Positions 25,438-39,044 of a stretch of 64,000 bases of DNA are shown here, in pieces. Under the pieces are notes generated by a model. It saw only the letters and a program-made list of their open reading frames with translations. It was not told the DNA's origin and ran no database searches. The stretch spans positions 63,984,001-64,048,000 of the forward strand of contig NC_042999.1 in NCBI RefSeq assembly GCF_006345805.1. Direction: 5' to 3'. How positions within the stretch are numbered: position 1 is the first letter of the stretch; every line of letters begins with the position of its first letter. The position numbers and the translations under genes are program-made. The stretch is from Octopus sinensis (Eukaryota).

Positions 25438-26319
25438 ATTTGTGGTCTGTGTTTGTCGCCTCACCATCGCTTGACAACCGATGCTGGTGTATTTACGTCC
25501 CCGTAACTTAGCTGTTCTGCAAAAGAGACCGATAGAATAAATACTAAGCTTACAAAGAATAAGTCCTGGTGTCGATTTATCCGACTAAAGGCGATGCTCT
25601 AGCATGGCTGCAGTCAAATGATTGAAACAAGTAAAAGAATAAAAATATATATATATATATATAGCTAACTGTAAAATCTCAAGCAATCAGAGTAGTAACT
25701 ATACTAACAAGTTAAGTTTATCGCCACATCAAAGTAGATGCTCCATGTTACTACTAGTTTAACCACAGGCATATCTTCTGCCAACTGGTTATCGGTGTAA
25801 CGCTTTACCTGGTATATACAGTATACATTGCTAGCAGAGGGAGCGAATCCTTGCCAACTTTAGCAGACAACAGGAACACAAGACTGAATGAGTTGGCTCA
25901 TCTTCAGTCGCGAGTACCTGGTTGCCAGAGTGATAGTCAGGGTCCGATCTAGCCAGCGATATATTGTAAACAAAGCGATCACCAGTCATTGATTTGCAAC
26001 AAGCAAAATAGCTTGCCCCGCTGCTTGGAATTTTATTTTAATTCTCTCGCAGCAAGGCTTAGTGGATTAGTGTTCTGTCTCTGCCTTCGAAACATGCTTG
26101 ACTCTACTAGCGACAGCTGATGACGGGGGTTTTTTCCTTGTGTAGCACGTCCTGTAACTGTTTTTTTCGTTTTCTTGTTTTTTGTTTTTTTGATTTTCCC
26201 GTTTCTATGTCTTATTGTGGTGTCCTGTACTCACGCATAATTATTTATATATGCATGTAAATATACATGTAGATGTAGGTACGTACATATATGTTTGTAT
26301 GTATGCATATATTTTTATT

Positions 26320-26322
26320 TAT

Positions 26323-26357
<35 letters not shown>

Positions 26358-26423
26358 CATATATATATACATATACATATATATATACATATTATATACA
26401 TATATATATACATATATATATAC

Positions 26424-26464
<41 letters not shown>

Positions 26465-26488
26465 TATAATTGTATATATATATGTATG

Positions 26489-26552
<64 letters not shown>

Positions 26553-26717
26553 ATATATATATATATACATATATATCATATATATATACATATATATATA
26601 CATATATATATACTATTATATATTACATATATATATACATATATATATATATACATATATATCTATATTATTATACATATATATATATAATATATATATA
26701 TAATATAATATACATAC

Positions 26718-26796
<79 letters not shown>

Positions 26797-26814
26797 CATA
26801 TATATATACATACA

Positions 26815-26845
<31 letters not shown>

Positions 26846-26888
26846 CATACATACATTATATATATATATATATATAATATATACATAC

Positions 26889-26964
<76 letters not shown>
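26320..26964. repeat. (TA/TACA)n compound microsatellite
   Basis: Read directly from the sequence. Confidence 0.95.
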
Positions 26965-26965
<1 letters not shown>

Positions 26966-27325
26966 ATTAAATTACACCATCTAGAAAATTACATATAATA
27001 GAAATATAAATAAAATAACAATAATATACCAATGATTAAGTAAATTGCAAAATAAAATAAAAACGTATATATTTGGTAGAATAACGTTATTATTATTTTT
27101 TATTATTATTTTGCAATTTACTTAATCATTGGTATATTATTGTTAGTTTATTTTTTAATATTACTATTATATGTAATTTTCTAGATGGTGTAATTCAATT
27201 GTTCATTTTGAATTGATAAAAGGTAGTTTTTCTAATTTTTATATATATATTATATTTTGTGAAATTTGATTTAGTATTTCTAAATTGAACTTTTCCCTGT
27301 AAGTTAGGAATAATATTCCCTCAAA

Positions 27326-27335
<10 letters not shown>
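26965..27335. repeat. AT-rich repeat family F in inverted arrangement
   Basis: Arms at 26965-27055 and 27106-27200; a second locus at 52805-52985. Confidence 0.7.
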
Positions 27336-27357
<22 letters not shown>

Positions 27358-28381
27358 CCATTATCCTCATCACTGCGATACTGGTTCCCAGCCAAGTGTT
27401 TCATCATGTTGGGGAACAGATGATAAATAGATAGGACCAAAATCAATAGAATAGGGAGGATGATCAACTAGTTCAACGCTATAGTCTCGCATAGCAGCCA
27501 TTGAACCAAAGGAATTGTGTGCTGGAGCATTGTCCTGATGAAACAAGATCCCGATCATCAGTTTCCTTGGCGTTTGGCCTTGATAGCTTTCAGCAAGTTG
27601 GTATATTACTCTCTATCGATGGTGTGGCCCTTTTGAAGATGGTCAGTAAACACAATACCTTTTGCATCCTCCCAGAACTGAGGCCATCACCTTCCCTGCA
27701 AATAAAACGATCTTGGCCTTCTTTGAAACAGGTGAAGAAGGGTGTTTCCAATGCATGGATTGTCTCATTGTCTTTGGTTCAAAGTGATGAACCAATCACT
27801 CATCGTGGCCTACGAAACGTTCAAGAAAACCAGCTGGGTCTGCCTGAGACAATGTCAAATTTTCCTGTAATGGGATCAGCCTGTTGCGCTTTTGATCAGG
27901 TGTCAGAATCTTCTCAACTATCTCACGGAATATGCTAATAACATTGCCTATTTCATTTCTAGTAAATTGTCTGTTATCCATTCTCATGTAATAGACATGA
28001 TCAAAGTTTTCATCGGTCCAACCCTTGGGTCATCTTGAAGACTCTCTCTTCCCCTCCTAAATTCAGCCGCCCCCTATTGCAGTGTTGATAAAGCTGGGAC
28101 ATTATCCTCTAATGTTGCAAGCATGTCAGCATGAATGTCCTTGGGGGGGGGGTAGATACTTTTTCTGCAGGTACTTGATAACATCACGATGCCAGATTTT
28201 GTCGATTCTGAAGAGAAGTGGCCACCAGTTACTTTTGAAGTCTTCTTTGAACAGTGAGATGAACTGTGAAAGAAGCAATGTAATTAATATAAAAAAAGAG
28301 TTGCGATAAATGCATGCAAGATTACACAGCTCTAGCATCACTCCTTCATAGTCAGCCTATTAAATTTTGAACTAGCCCTCG
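27358..28381 (-). mobile_element. Decayed irritans-type mariner, 3'-truncated
   Basis: TA-CGAGGGCTAGTTCAAAA 5' end. The minus strand encodes DKIWHRDVIKYLQKK, IHADMLATL, AAEFRRGRESLQDDPR, LTPDQKRNRL and ILFHQDNAPAH...VELVDHPPYS. It is cut off at a (TA)n tract. Confidence 0.85.
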
Positions 28382-28519
28382 TAGTACGTGAAGTCAATGT
28401 ACCCGGATATTATTCCACGATGCAGAATTCTACGTCACGGCAAAATTTTCAGGAACGGGTAGCGTTCCTAAGGCGAGATCTTCTGTATAAGTATGATATC
28501 TTATACTTATATATATATA

Positions 28520-29799
28520 TTGGGTCATCTCATAAATACTTTTATTTTTTAATACTTCTTTAATTTGTCAAAATTAAGATAAACAAAGTTCTTTTTTAAT
28601 CTAAAATATACTCTCCTCCATTTTCTACAATACTCTTCCATCTATCTGGTAGATTTCGAGGGCCCCTATTTCAAAATTCTCTTGTCCGTGACGAAAAATA
28701 CTCCTCCGGTACTGTTATGACCTCGTCTGCAGAATTCATACTTTTTCCCTCCAAATGATTTTGAAGAATGTGGAATAATTGATAATCAGATGGGGCAATG
28801 TCCGGCGAATATGGTGGGTGGGGCATCGTTTCCCATTCAAATTGCTCCAGTCTTTGGAACATCATCCTAACTGTATGTAGCCGAGCATTAATCCTGATGG
28901 AAGAACACCTTTCGTCTTAAAACCAAAAACGGTCATTTTTCTTCTAGCGCTGACTTACGCCGCTCAAGCTGCTCGCAGTAGATCTCCTTTGTTATCGTTT
29001 GCTTTGGGTTTGAAAGTTCAAAGTGGACTAAACCTTTCATATGCTACCAAACAGATAACATCTTACGTAGGTGAAGACCTTCTTTAGCCTGGGGTGCTGG
29101 TGTTTCTCCTTTGCCTATCCACTGTCTTCGGAGCTTGACATTTTTATAGAGAACCGATTTCTCGTCACCATTCACTATTCGGTCCAAAAAGGGTTCATTT
29201 GAGAGATGTGACAGCAAAGAAGAGCACACATTCACTCTCTGCGCGCGATTAAACTCAAAAAGTTTGTGAGGAACCCATTGACCCAATTTACTAACTTTTC
29301 GACGGCACGCAGGTGTCAATGAATGGTTGAATGACCAAATCCAAGCTTCTCTGCTAGTTCCTCAACAGTTACGATGGGATTTTGTTCCACCAGGATTTGC
29401 AGGACGTCCTCGTCGAGCTCTACAGATCTTCCAGGACGAGGCTTGTCTTCTAGGCTGTAGTTTCCAGCTCGGGGTTTCTGGAACCACTATTGACACTGGC
29501 TTACTCTTATTGTCCAATCCCCATATACTGCATTAATATTCTTCGCACTTTCCGTTGCGTTGTTGCCTTTATTGAACTCATAAAGCAAAATGTGCCGAAT
29601 AAGCTCCTTTGTCACTTCCATTATAGTTTTGAAAAAATAACAGTTAAAATCGAACTGCACTCTTCAAAACTTGCACTAAGAATAAGTTAAAATTACTACC
29701 TGCTTTTAAAGCAAGTTGATGCAGGTAGTTTATCCCGCCCCTCTCCGACTTTTTACTCCATGAAATTGAAAAAAGAGCATTATTTATGGGATGACCCAA
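28520..29799 (-). mobile_element. Near full-length (1280 bp) decayed DD34D mariner
   Basis: TIRs ttgggtcatc(t/c)cataaata (18/19 match). ATG at 29621 starts MEVTKELIRHILLYEFNKG, followed by WVPHKL, DRIVNGDEK and HQD(N)ARLH...PPYSPDIAPSD, with 34 residues between the last two Asp. It has several stops and frameshifts. Confidence 0.92.
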
Positions 29800-30209
29800 T
29801 CACTAATTTAATGGTTATTTTAATGTAATGCTACTTCAGTTGCGTACCTCGAATTTTTACCCAACTCGATGACTAATCGCAATGAAAGCGACAGACTACA
29901 TAAATATATAGATATTTATATATTAGGAGAACAAACGTACACAGAGTACAAACGATAGGAAGGCTTGGAGATACTTCATAATGTTGGCAAAATATGCAAC
30001 CAGTAATGAAAGCAAATAAATACTGGATTAATTCAGCCTCTGTCTTCAGGGTAGAAAACTATCTGACGGTTAGATGGTTTTTTTTTTTATTGTACTCTGT
30101 GTAACTTTGCTCTGTTAATATATAGATATCTATATGTTTATATTTGAATATTCATCGTCTGAAAATTTTTAGTCTTTGCTTCCTCTTTATTTAAATGTAT
30201 ACACGTATA

Positions 30210-30732
30210 TATGGGGACAAAAGTTGCTTACGTCAATCTAGTCATGGCTTACACGGGGGTCCAGATATATGAACAATCAAAATTAAAATACGGCTTGAAC
30301 TTCTACAAATATCTATTAGAAAATTAGTGACGTTACCTAGATGACTGCCTAATCCTAAGAATGCACACATTTGAACAACTTATAGATTTCAAAAACCTAA
30401 TCAACAGCACAAACAATAATATAAACTTCACCATGGAATACGGTAAAACCCAACTACCATTCCTGGATATACTAATCATCAAAAAGATATAAAAACATTG
30501 AAACAGACATTAACTACAAACAGATTCTAAATAATACTGTTCTCCTCATGCCATCCCAAACACACGAAGAATAGTATTACCTTTAATCGCAATTGTCTCT
30601 AACCCTGAAACTCGCAATAAAAGACTCCAGAAGCTAAAACAAAAACTTCTTAAAAGACAATATCCATTAAAATTAATACACAACGGAATAGAACGTGCCA
30701 AAGCAATAAATATTCAAGAACTGCAAGAAACG
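30210..30732 (+). mobile_element. Penelope-like element RT fragment (decayed)
   Basis: MGTKVA...NLVMAY, RYLDDCLI, INFTMEYGKTQLPFLDILI, SCHPKHTKNSI and KRQYPLKLI, with stops and frameshifts. Confidence 0.85.
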
Positions 30733-30917
30733 AAATGTACCAGACTTTTGAAATATAAGTAGTAAAGCTGATTTCTTCGACTGAACCCTTCAATGCGATG
30801 CCCCAGCAAGGCCGCAGTTTATATGACAGAAACAAGTTAATGATAAAAAAATGAAGAAAGGATATGCAGCAGCCTTCTTGATTCGTGTCGCAAAAGAAAA
30901 AAAATTATGCTGATAAC

Positions 30918-31124
30918 TCTTTACTCTTTTACTTGTTTCAGTCATTTGACTGCGGCCATGCTGGAGCACTGCCTTTAGTCGAGCAAATCGACCCCAGGAC
31001 TTATTCTTTGTAAGCCTAGTACTTATTATATCGATCTCTTTTGCCGAACCGCTAAGTTACGGGGAAATAAACACACCAGCATCGGTTGTCAAGCGATGCA
31101 GGGGGACAAACAGACACACAAACA

Positions 31125-31167
<43 letters not shown>

Positions 31168-31389
31168 ACACACACATATATATATATATACGACGGGCTT
31201 CTTTCAGTTTCCGTCTACCAAATCCACTCACAAGGATTTGGTCGGCCCGAGGCTATAGTAGAAGACACTTACCCAAGGTGCCACGCAGTGGGACTGAACC
31301 CGGGACCATGTGGTTGGTAAGCAAGCTACTTACCACACAACCACTCCTGCGCCTATAGCAAGCTATTTAACACACAGCCACTCCTGCGC
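30918..31389 (-). mobile_element. SINE family A with duplicated 5' head
   Basis: Full reverse copy; 32 nt of the head is repeated (31321-31352 and 31358-31389). Confidence 0.88.
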
Positions 31390-32325
31390 TGTTTCATTAA
31401 ATTCTTTCAACAGCAGACTCCTTGAAACATTTTGATAAAATTTGTCAACGAGGAAATTTGTGACTGCAAAAATCTTTTCTCGAAGTTTTTCAGTCGCAAA
31501 CACTATTTCAAATAGTGGTCTTCAGTTGACCGTTGAAAATAGTCACCATATATATAATCTTCCATGGACGTCTACCAATATCAGGCAAAGGTACTGAAGC
31601 ACACCACACAACATATATTAACCAATGAACCAGTAAAAGTTCTTTTTGCTAGTTGCTTTTACGATAAAGTTTAAAAGCCATTATTAAGCGATACACTGAG
31701 TAGCAATCAAGTGAATAACAACTTTATACAAAATCGCATACACACTCATATATACACCAAATAGGAGCAATTAACTCGCACGCACACACATACAAACACA
31801 CACACATTTTTTCTAGCTACATGTAACCAATCCTTTCGAGATCATCGAACACACGTGTTTGATAAAAAAATGTTTGTCATATCACTTGACGTGCACAAGC
31901 AAGTAGAACTGATATATAATATCCAAAATACACATTAAAATCTATTTTATAACTATAAAAGGAATACGAAATAGTTTTGTTGCGCAATACAATAATGTGT
32001 TTCTGTTTGTTTAGAATATTTCCTACTTTTTGTAAAGTTTCGGTTTCAAAATGGAAAGCAATTGTTTTTGTTGTTGTTTAGTTTCAAATCCAACCCGAAA
32101 GAACACATATATGGACCAAAGTTATTTCATCAATTAATATTATGTCACTGTCTGGTTAAGAAGCCTGCTTTGCAGCCACGTGGCTTAGGGCTCAGCCCCA
32201 CTGTGCGGCACCCTGGGCAAATGACATTTACTAGCCCTAGGCCGACCAATGCCTTGTGAGTGGATATGGTAAACGGAAACTGAGTGAAAGCCCATGGTAT
32301 ATATATATACATGGTATATATATAC

Positions 32326-32597
32326 AAAGCGGCGAGCTGGCAGAAAGGCGGCGAGCTGGCAGACAAGGCGGCGAGCTGGCAGAATCGTTAGCACGCCGGG
32401 CAAAATGCTTAGCGGTATTTCGTCTGCCGCTAAGTTCTGAGTTCAAATTCCGCCGAGGTCAACTTTGCCTTTCATCCTTTCGGGGTCGATTAAATAAGTT
32501 ACGCACTGGGTCGATATAATCGGTTTAATCCGTTTGTTTATCTTTGTTTGTCCTCTCTGTGTTTAGTCCATTGTGGGTAATAAAGAAATAGGTATAT
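32326..32597 (+). mobile_element. SINE family B with triplicated 19-nt head
   Basis: aaggcggcgagctggcaga x3, then the normal body and long tail. Confidence 0.88.
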
Positions 32598-32787
32598 ATA
32601 TACATGTGTGTGTTTGAGTTTGTTCTAGCACGTAATTTAGCGGTTCAGCAAAAGGGACCAACAGAATAAGAACCAACCTTTAAAAATAAGTCCTGGCGTT
32701 GATTTGCCCAAGGTGACACGTAGTGGGACTGAACCCGGAACCATGTGGTTGGTGAGCATGCTACTTACCACACAGCCACTCATGCGC

Positions 32788-32825
<38 letters not shown>

Positions 32826-33624
32826 CTGTGTAAAACCTTGCGTAACTATATATAAAATTTTATTGTAATATGTATATGTGTGTATGTGTGTGTGTCGGTG
32901 TGATGTCTTTTGTTGATATAAATTAGCAAAGGACATAAACGTCGTCGAGAAAACCGAAAATGTGATTCTTTACGAGTAACGTCCTTTGAGATTTTTATCC
33001 AGCATCGTATAAGACATGCCCTTATCAACTTCTCCTTTTGAAATGAGATGTGTGTGCAAATACACACACACACAGCCCGTGATTGACCGAAGGGAGATAT
33101 GGAAACAACGACGCATTTGCTCGCAAGTTACTTTATGTATACAATAACTAACACTTTAGTCGATCCAAAGCTATAGCTATAGCAGATAGTATTTGCCAAA
33201 GACACCAGACACTAAACCAAAAATCACGCTGTTACGAAGCGAACTTCTACACAGCGGAACTAGTCTGTTTGCGTATGAAACGAGAAGCTGGAGAGAATAC
33301 TATTCGAAACTGTAATACTGAAGTTGTCATTTAAAATATCACCGATTTTATAGGAACGTTTACTTCTGTTTTAAGGCAGGGTGAAAAAAAGAAAAAAAAA
33401 AAAAAAAAGAGACACTCAAACGCCGTGGTCTCATGACAATGAATTCTCAGAATCTCGCGAGAATAGAGACAAAAATTCAAATAATGTGAAACGCACGCAC
33501 GCACACACACATGCGCACAGAGAATTATACATACTGCTCAAACTTCCACACGAAAGAATCTGTATTACTGCGTGTATACTTACTCACACATTTCATAGTT
33601 CTAAGTCAATATTGTTACATCAAT

Positions 33625-34220
33625 AAGGCGGCGAGCTGGCAGAAACGTTAGCACGCCGGGCGAAATGCGTAGCCGTATTTCGTCTGCCGTTACGTTCTGA
33701 GTTCAAATTCCGCCGAAGTCGACTTTGCCTTTCATCCTTTCGGGGTCGATAAATTAAGTACCAGTTACGCACTGGGGTCGATGTAATCGACTTAATCCGT
33801 TTGTCTGTCCTTGTTTGTCCTCTCTGTGTTTAGCCCCTTGTGGGTAGTAAATAGAAATAAAAATAGGTATTTCGACTACCGCTACGTTCTGAGTTCAAAT
33901 TCCGCCGAGGTCAACTTTGCCTTTCACCCTTTCGGGGTCGATAAGTTAAGTACCAGTTACTCACTGGGGTCGATATAATCGACTTAATCCGTTTGTCTGT
34001 CTTTGTTTGTCTCCTCTGTGTTTAGCCCCTTGTGGCTAGTAAAGAAATAGAAATAGGTATTTCGTCTGCCGCTACGCTCTGAGTTCAAATTCAGCCGAGG
34101 TCGACTTTGCCTTTCATCCTTTCAGGGTTGATAAATTAAGTACTTGTTGAGTACTGGGGTCAATATAATTGACTGGCCCCCTTCCTAAAATTTTCGGGCC
34201 TTGTACGTAGAGTAGAAAAG
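33625..34220 (+). mobile_element. SINE family B trimer
   Basis: Units restart at ggtatttcg (33866, 34056; period 190 nt). The third unit has a different tail, and a decayed 17-bp TSD flanks the whole. Confidence 0.9.
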
Positions 34221-34484
34221 AATATCGTTATATCGATCTTTGCGCTTACTTATACACGCGCGCGCTCTCTCTCGCACACACATCTTATCTTTTACTTGTT
34301 TCAGTCATTAAACTTCGGCCATGTTGGGGCAGTCGAATGAATCGACCCCAGAACCTGCTCTTTTTAAAGCCTGATACTTTTGTTGAACCACTAAGTTACA
34401 GGGATGTAAACACACCTACTCCGGTCGTCAAGCAGTGGTGGGAGACAGATATGGTCACAAAAACACACACACATAGATATATAT

Positions 34485-34772
34485 GAAAGGCAAAGTCGAC
34501 CTCGGCGGAATTTGAACTCAGAACGTAAAGACAGACAAAATACCTATTTCTTTAATACTCACAAGGGGCTAAACACAGAGAGGACAATCAAGGACAGACA
34601 TACGGATTAAGTCGATTATATCGACCTCAGTGCATAACTGGTACTTATTTAATCGACCCCGAAAGGATGAAAGGCAGAGTCGACCTCGGCGGAACTTGAA
34701 CTCAAAACGTTGTGGCAGACGAAATACAGCTAAGCATTTCGTCCGGCGTGCTAACGTTTCTGCCAGCTCGAC
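34485..34772 (-). mobile_element. SINE family B, one unit plus partial second unit
   Basis: Reverse copy with the same aaagaaata-ggtattt re-entry junction. Confidence 0.85.
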
Positions 34773-34812
34773 ACAGCCACGCCTTCGCCTATACATATTT
34801 ACAAGTAAGCCT

Positions 34813-34848
<36 letters not shown>

Positions 34849-35223
34849 TGTGTGTGTATTCATACTCACAGACGTATATGTAAAACATACATGTACATAT
34901 ATAGTGGTTAGATGTTGGGCTCACATCATGGGTTCGATTCGTAGACCAGGCGGCGCGCTGTAACTATTAACAAGCACTTCATTTCCCGTTGCTCTACTCA
35001 GCGTAAAATGAGTACCACCTGAGGGATAGGAATGTTTCCTCCCTCCCTTCCGCAATCATCCACTGGGTGGGTCAAGGATAGGGAGAGCCGGGAGGGATTG
35101 TGTGCTTTCAACTGCATAGGCACCTAAACAATTAGCAAAATCACATGCTTTTTTCGCTTGCGAGTGATGGGAATAATAATGAATATTACATCACACACAC
35201 ACACATACACACACAAAATATAG

Positions 35224-35224
<1 letters not shown>

Positions 35225-35270
<46 letters not shown>

Positions 35271-35572
35271 GTATATATATATATATCTAGATATATATAT
35301 AATATATGTATATATATATGTATATATATGTAATATATATATATGTAATATATATATGTATTTATATATATGTATATTATATATATATATATGTATATAT
35401 TGTATTATATTATGTATATATATATATATATGTGTCTATATATATATATATATGTAGTATATTTATGTATGTATATATATATATTGTATATATAATATGT
35501 ATATGTATGTATATATATTATTATGTAGTATAATATATGTGTTATATATATATGCATATATATGTATATATA

Positions 35573-35603
<31 letters not shown>

Positions 35604-35929
35604 GTATATTATTATATATGTGTATATATATATATGCATATATATGTATATATATATATGTGTTGTATAATATATATATGTATATATATGTATATATATA
35701 TATATGTGTATATATATATGCATATATATGTATATATATATGCATATATATATATATATATACATGTGTATATATATATATGCATATATATGTATATATA
35801 TATATATGCATATAAATATATATATGTATATGTGTATATAATATAGCATATATATGTATATATATATATGTATATATATATATGCATATATATGTATATG
35901 TATATATATATATATGTTATATGTATATA

Positions 35930-35973
<44 letters not shown>

Positions 35974-35993
35974 CATATATATGTATATATGCA

Positions 35994-36044
<51 letters not shown>

Positions 36045-36045
36045 G
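35225..36045. repeat. (TA/TATG)n compound microsatellite
   Basis: Read directly from the sequence. Confidence 0.95.
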
Positions 36046-36049
36046 AATT

Positions 36050-36225
36050 AGGTATAATGGTCTTGTGGTTAGGGCAGCGGACTCGCGGTCGCAGGATCGC
36101 GGTTTCGATTCCCAGACGGGCGTTGTGTGTGTTTATTGAGCGTCATTCGAAGGCTAAAACAATGCGAACGCATTGTGACCAGCGATGTGTAACAACATCT
36201 GATGGTCTGGTCGGTCACGTGATAT
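36050..36225 (+). mobile_element. SINE family C head with a different, hairpin-rich body
   Basis: C-type head up to gtttattgagcg, then the hairpins caatgc-gaac-gcattg and gtgacc...ggtcac. Confidence 0.6.
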
Positions 36226-36609
36226 GTATGTATGTATGTATGTATATATATGTATGTATGTATATGTATATATATATTTTGAGAGGGAGAAAGAGAGAGG
36301 GGGAGAGAGAGAATGAGTGGGAGGGAGACAAACACTTACATATATGGGAGTCGTTGCACGTCATCTTAATCCTCAGGTGTGTTTATTAATCCCTGTTGGT
36401 TAAGCATATACGTACGTTTGAATAATCTTTTGATTACTACTTTGAAAAATTAAGCGTCACTGATGGATGTTAAGAATAACTTCCGTTCTACTGAGGGAAA
36501 GCAGGTGAGCTGGGGGACGCATCAATTAAAATAAATTAACGACATCGTCATTGCTGTTTTGTTGTAGCACTGAGTTTCCATGTTTAATTAAATAATCTCC
36601 TTATTTTAT

Positions 36610-36980
36610 TCCGGTCAATGGCTGTTATGCGAAAAGCCGTTAGGTGGCAGGGAAATGAGTGAGTCTCTCCAGGCGGAGCAGCTACTTTTCCACATTGGGA
36701 ACTCACGGTTCCGGTACTATGGGCATGGGATTAGCGTGCAGTAGGAAAGAATCGCAGGACGGATTCTTCACCGAGTTAATCGGCAGGAGACCTAGGTGAA
36801 GACCTGAAACGAGATTGTTGGATAACATCCATAGTCTCAAACTGGGCGCGCTTGGGAATCCAGGCGAAAAGGGTAAAGACGGTTGCTTCGCATAGAATTC
36901 TATGGAGGAGTAAAAGAGGATTCTACCCTCACGACCCTGCCAGGAATTGTAGATGGAGAAAATGGATGGAATATTTTGTA
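36610..36980 (+). mobile_element. RTE-clade (Expander-like) LINE 3' fragment
   Basis: EQLLFHIGNSRFRYYGHG, GRRPR*RPETRLLDNI and LGIQ, ending gaaaatggatgg. Confidence 0.65.
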
Positions 36981-37172
36981 TATATTAGCGATAGAGGCAG
37001 AATTTATACCGAGAGGTAATGTTTATTCCCACTTAAATGGAGATGTTCTGTTAGCACAAATCCTCGCTAGTGGTATTGACGAGCGTGCATTTTGCACCAA
37101 AAGCTTCTATGAAAGTTTCTCTCATGTTGTCGATCGCAGTAAAGTTTGTTCTAACAGAATATCCTCGTTTAA

Positions 37173-37595
37173 AAGGCGGCGAGCTGGCAGAAACGTTAGC
37201 ACGCCGCGCGAAATGCTTAGCGGTGTTTCGTCTGCTGCTACGTTCTGAGTTCAAATTCCGCCGAGGTCGACTTTGCCTTTCATCCTTTCGGGGTCGATTA
37301 AATAAGTACCAGTTACGCACTGGGATCGATATAATCGACTTAATCCGTGTGTCTGTCCTTGTTTGTCCCCTCTGTGTTTAGCCCCTTGTGGGTAGTAAAG
37401 AAATAGAGATAGGTATTTCGTCTGCCGCTATATTCTGAGTTCAAATTCCGCCGAGGTCGACTTTGCCTTTCATCCTTTCGGGGTCGATTAAATAAGTACC
37501 AGTTACGCACTGGGATCGATATAATCGACTTAATCCGTTTGCCTGTCCTCGTTTGACCTCTCTGTGTTTAGCCCCTCGTGGGTAATAACGAAATA
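37173..37595 (+). mobile_element. SINE family B dimer
   Basis: Period 190 nt (37222 vs 37412); 17-bp TSD agaat(a/g)tcctcgtttaa at 37156-37172 and 37596-37612. Confidence 0.92.
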
Positions 37596-37699
37596 AGAAT
37601 GTCCTCGTTTAAGTGGGAATAAATATTAAATCTCGGAATATTTTGTGTTTATTTTAAAACATTGTCTGAAGCATGTGGTGTTCCTTACGCCATTGTTAT

Positions 37700-37778
37700 T
37701 GCTTACCTCCAATCAGCGCTGACGGAGCAGAATCATGATGGAAGACGTTCAAGCGGTAACTAACTAACTAACTAACTG
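37700..37778 (+). mobile_element. Short 3' end of a LINE-like element with (TAAC)n tail
   Basis: GC-richer 55-nt segment followed by (TAAC)5. The tail unit matches the LINE at 15400 but the UTR differs. Confidence 0.3.
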
Positions 37779-38183
37779 ACTTTCATTCTTTCTTTCTTCT
37801 TTTTTAACTTAAAAAGTTGAAAGTGATTTGAAGGAATTTGCGTATTATTTCTCGCAGATTGACCGATTGTGTAGAGGTCTTCGTTTCCGTCGCATCGACG
37901 GTTTGCACTGAATTTGTCTTTTTAAACTGTTTCATCTTTCCGTTAATTTGAAATCTTTTTTTTCTGCATTGGTTTTTATCTTTGACTTATTTTTGGTCAT
38001 TGAAGTACGGCCATGCTGGGCACTGCCTTTAATTGTTTAGTCGAACAAATCAACACCAGTAATTACAATTTTTTAAAGTCTGTTATTCATTCTTACTTTT
38101 CTCTTTCGCCGAATCGCTCCGTTACGGGAACGTGAACGAATCGACACCGGTTGTCTAGTGGTACACACAAACACACACACATG

Positions 38184-38211
<28 letters not shown>

Positions 38212-38214
<3 letters not shown>

Positions 38215-38567
38215 GGCGCAATGGCCCAGTGGTTAGGGCAGTGGACTCGCGGTCGGAGGATCGCGGTTTCGATTCCCAGACCGGGCGTTGTGTGTGTTTA
38301 TTGAGCGAAAACACCTAAAAGGCTCCACGAGGCTCCGGCAGGGGATGGTGGCGACCCCTGTTGTACTCTTTCTCCCCAACTTTCTCTCACTCTTTTTTCC
38401 TATTTCTTGTCCCCGACTTCCTACGCAACCGCTGAGCCTGGATGTGTATTCATCCATCCGTCGATGCTCTCGGTGTCGGGGGTTGACCTGCTTTCTCTTC
38501 TGAATAGCAAAGGACCACGTTTCGGACTTCTCCCATCTTGCGAGCTCTGGGACGAAGACCGTTCGCT

Positions 38568-38598
<31 letters not shown>
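38212..38598 (+). mobile_element. SINE family C nested in a decayed family A copy
   Basis: Preceded by (CAG)~10 and ending in (CAACAG)5; sits in the internal microsatellite of an old reverse family A copy (37990-38180). Confidence 0.88.
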
Positions 38599-38600
<2 letters not shown>

Positions 38601-39044
38601 AGTAAAAAGAACACACACTGCTGCTGTTTATTCATGTTTATTCATTAGGCAACCGACCGAGGATAAAAAGCCATCTATGAATCAATCAATGTGTTCTTCC
38701 TTCTTTTAAAAGGAGATTTACTTGCTATTTCTATAGGCACAGGTTAAGAAGCTCGTCTTGCAACCACGAGATTTCAGTTTCAGTCCCACTGCGTGGCATC
38801 GTGTTACTTTGTTCACGTCGTCGTAACTTAGCGATTTGGCAAAAGATGGAAAATGTACCAGACTTTTGAAATATAAGTAGTAAAGCTGATTTCTTCGACT
38901 GAACCCTTCAATGCGAAGCCCCATAATGGTCGCAGTTTATATGACTGAAACAAGTTAATGATAAAAATTGAAGAAAGGATATGCAGGAGCCTTCTTGATT
39001 TGTGTCGCCAAAAAAAGAAAAAAATACTTATGTTGATAACTCTT

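Noticed and set aside
33625-34220. CRISPR-like or satellite array
   Set aside because: The units are 190-nt SINE bodies without unique spacers; the context is eukaryotic and has no cas genes.
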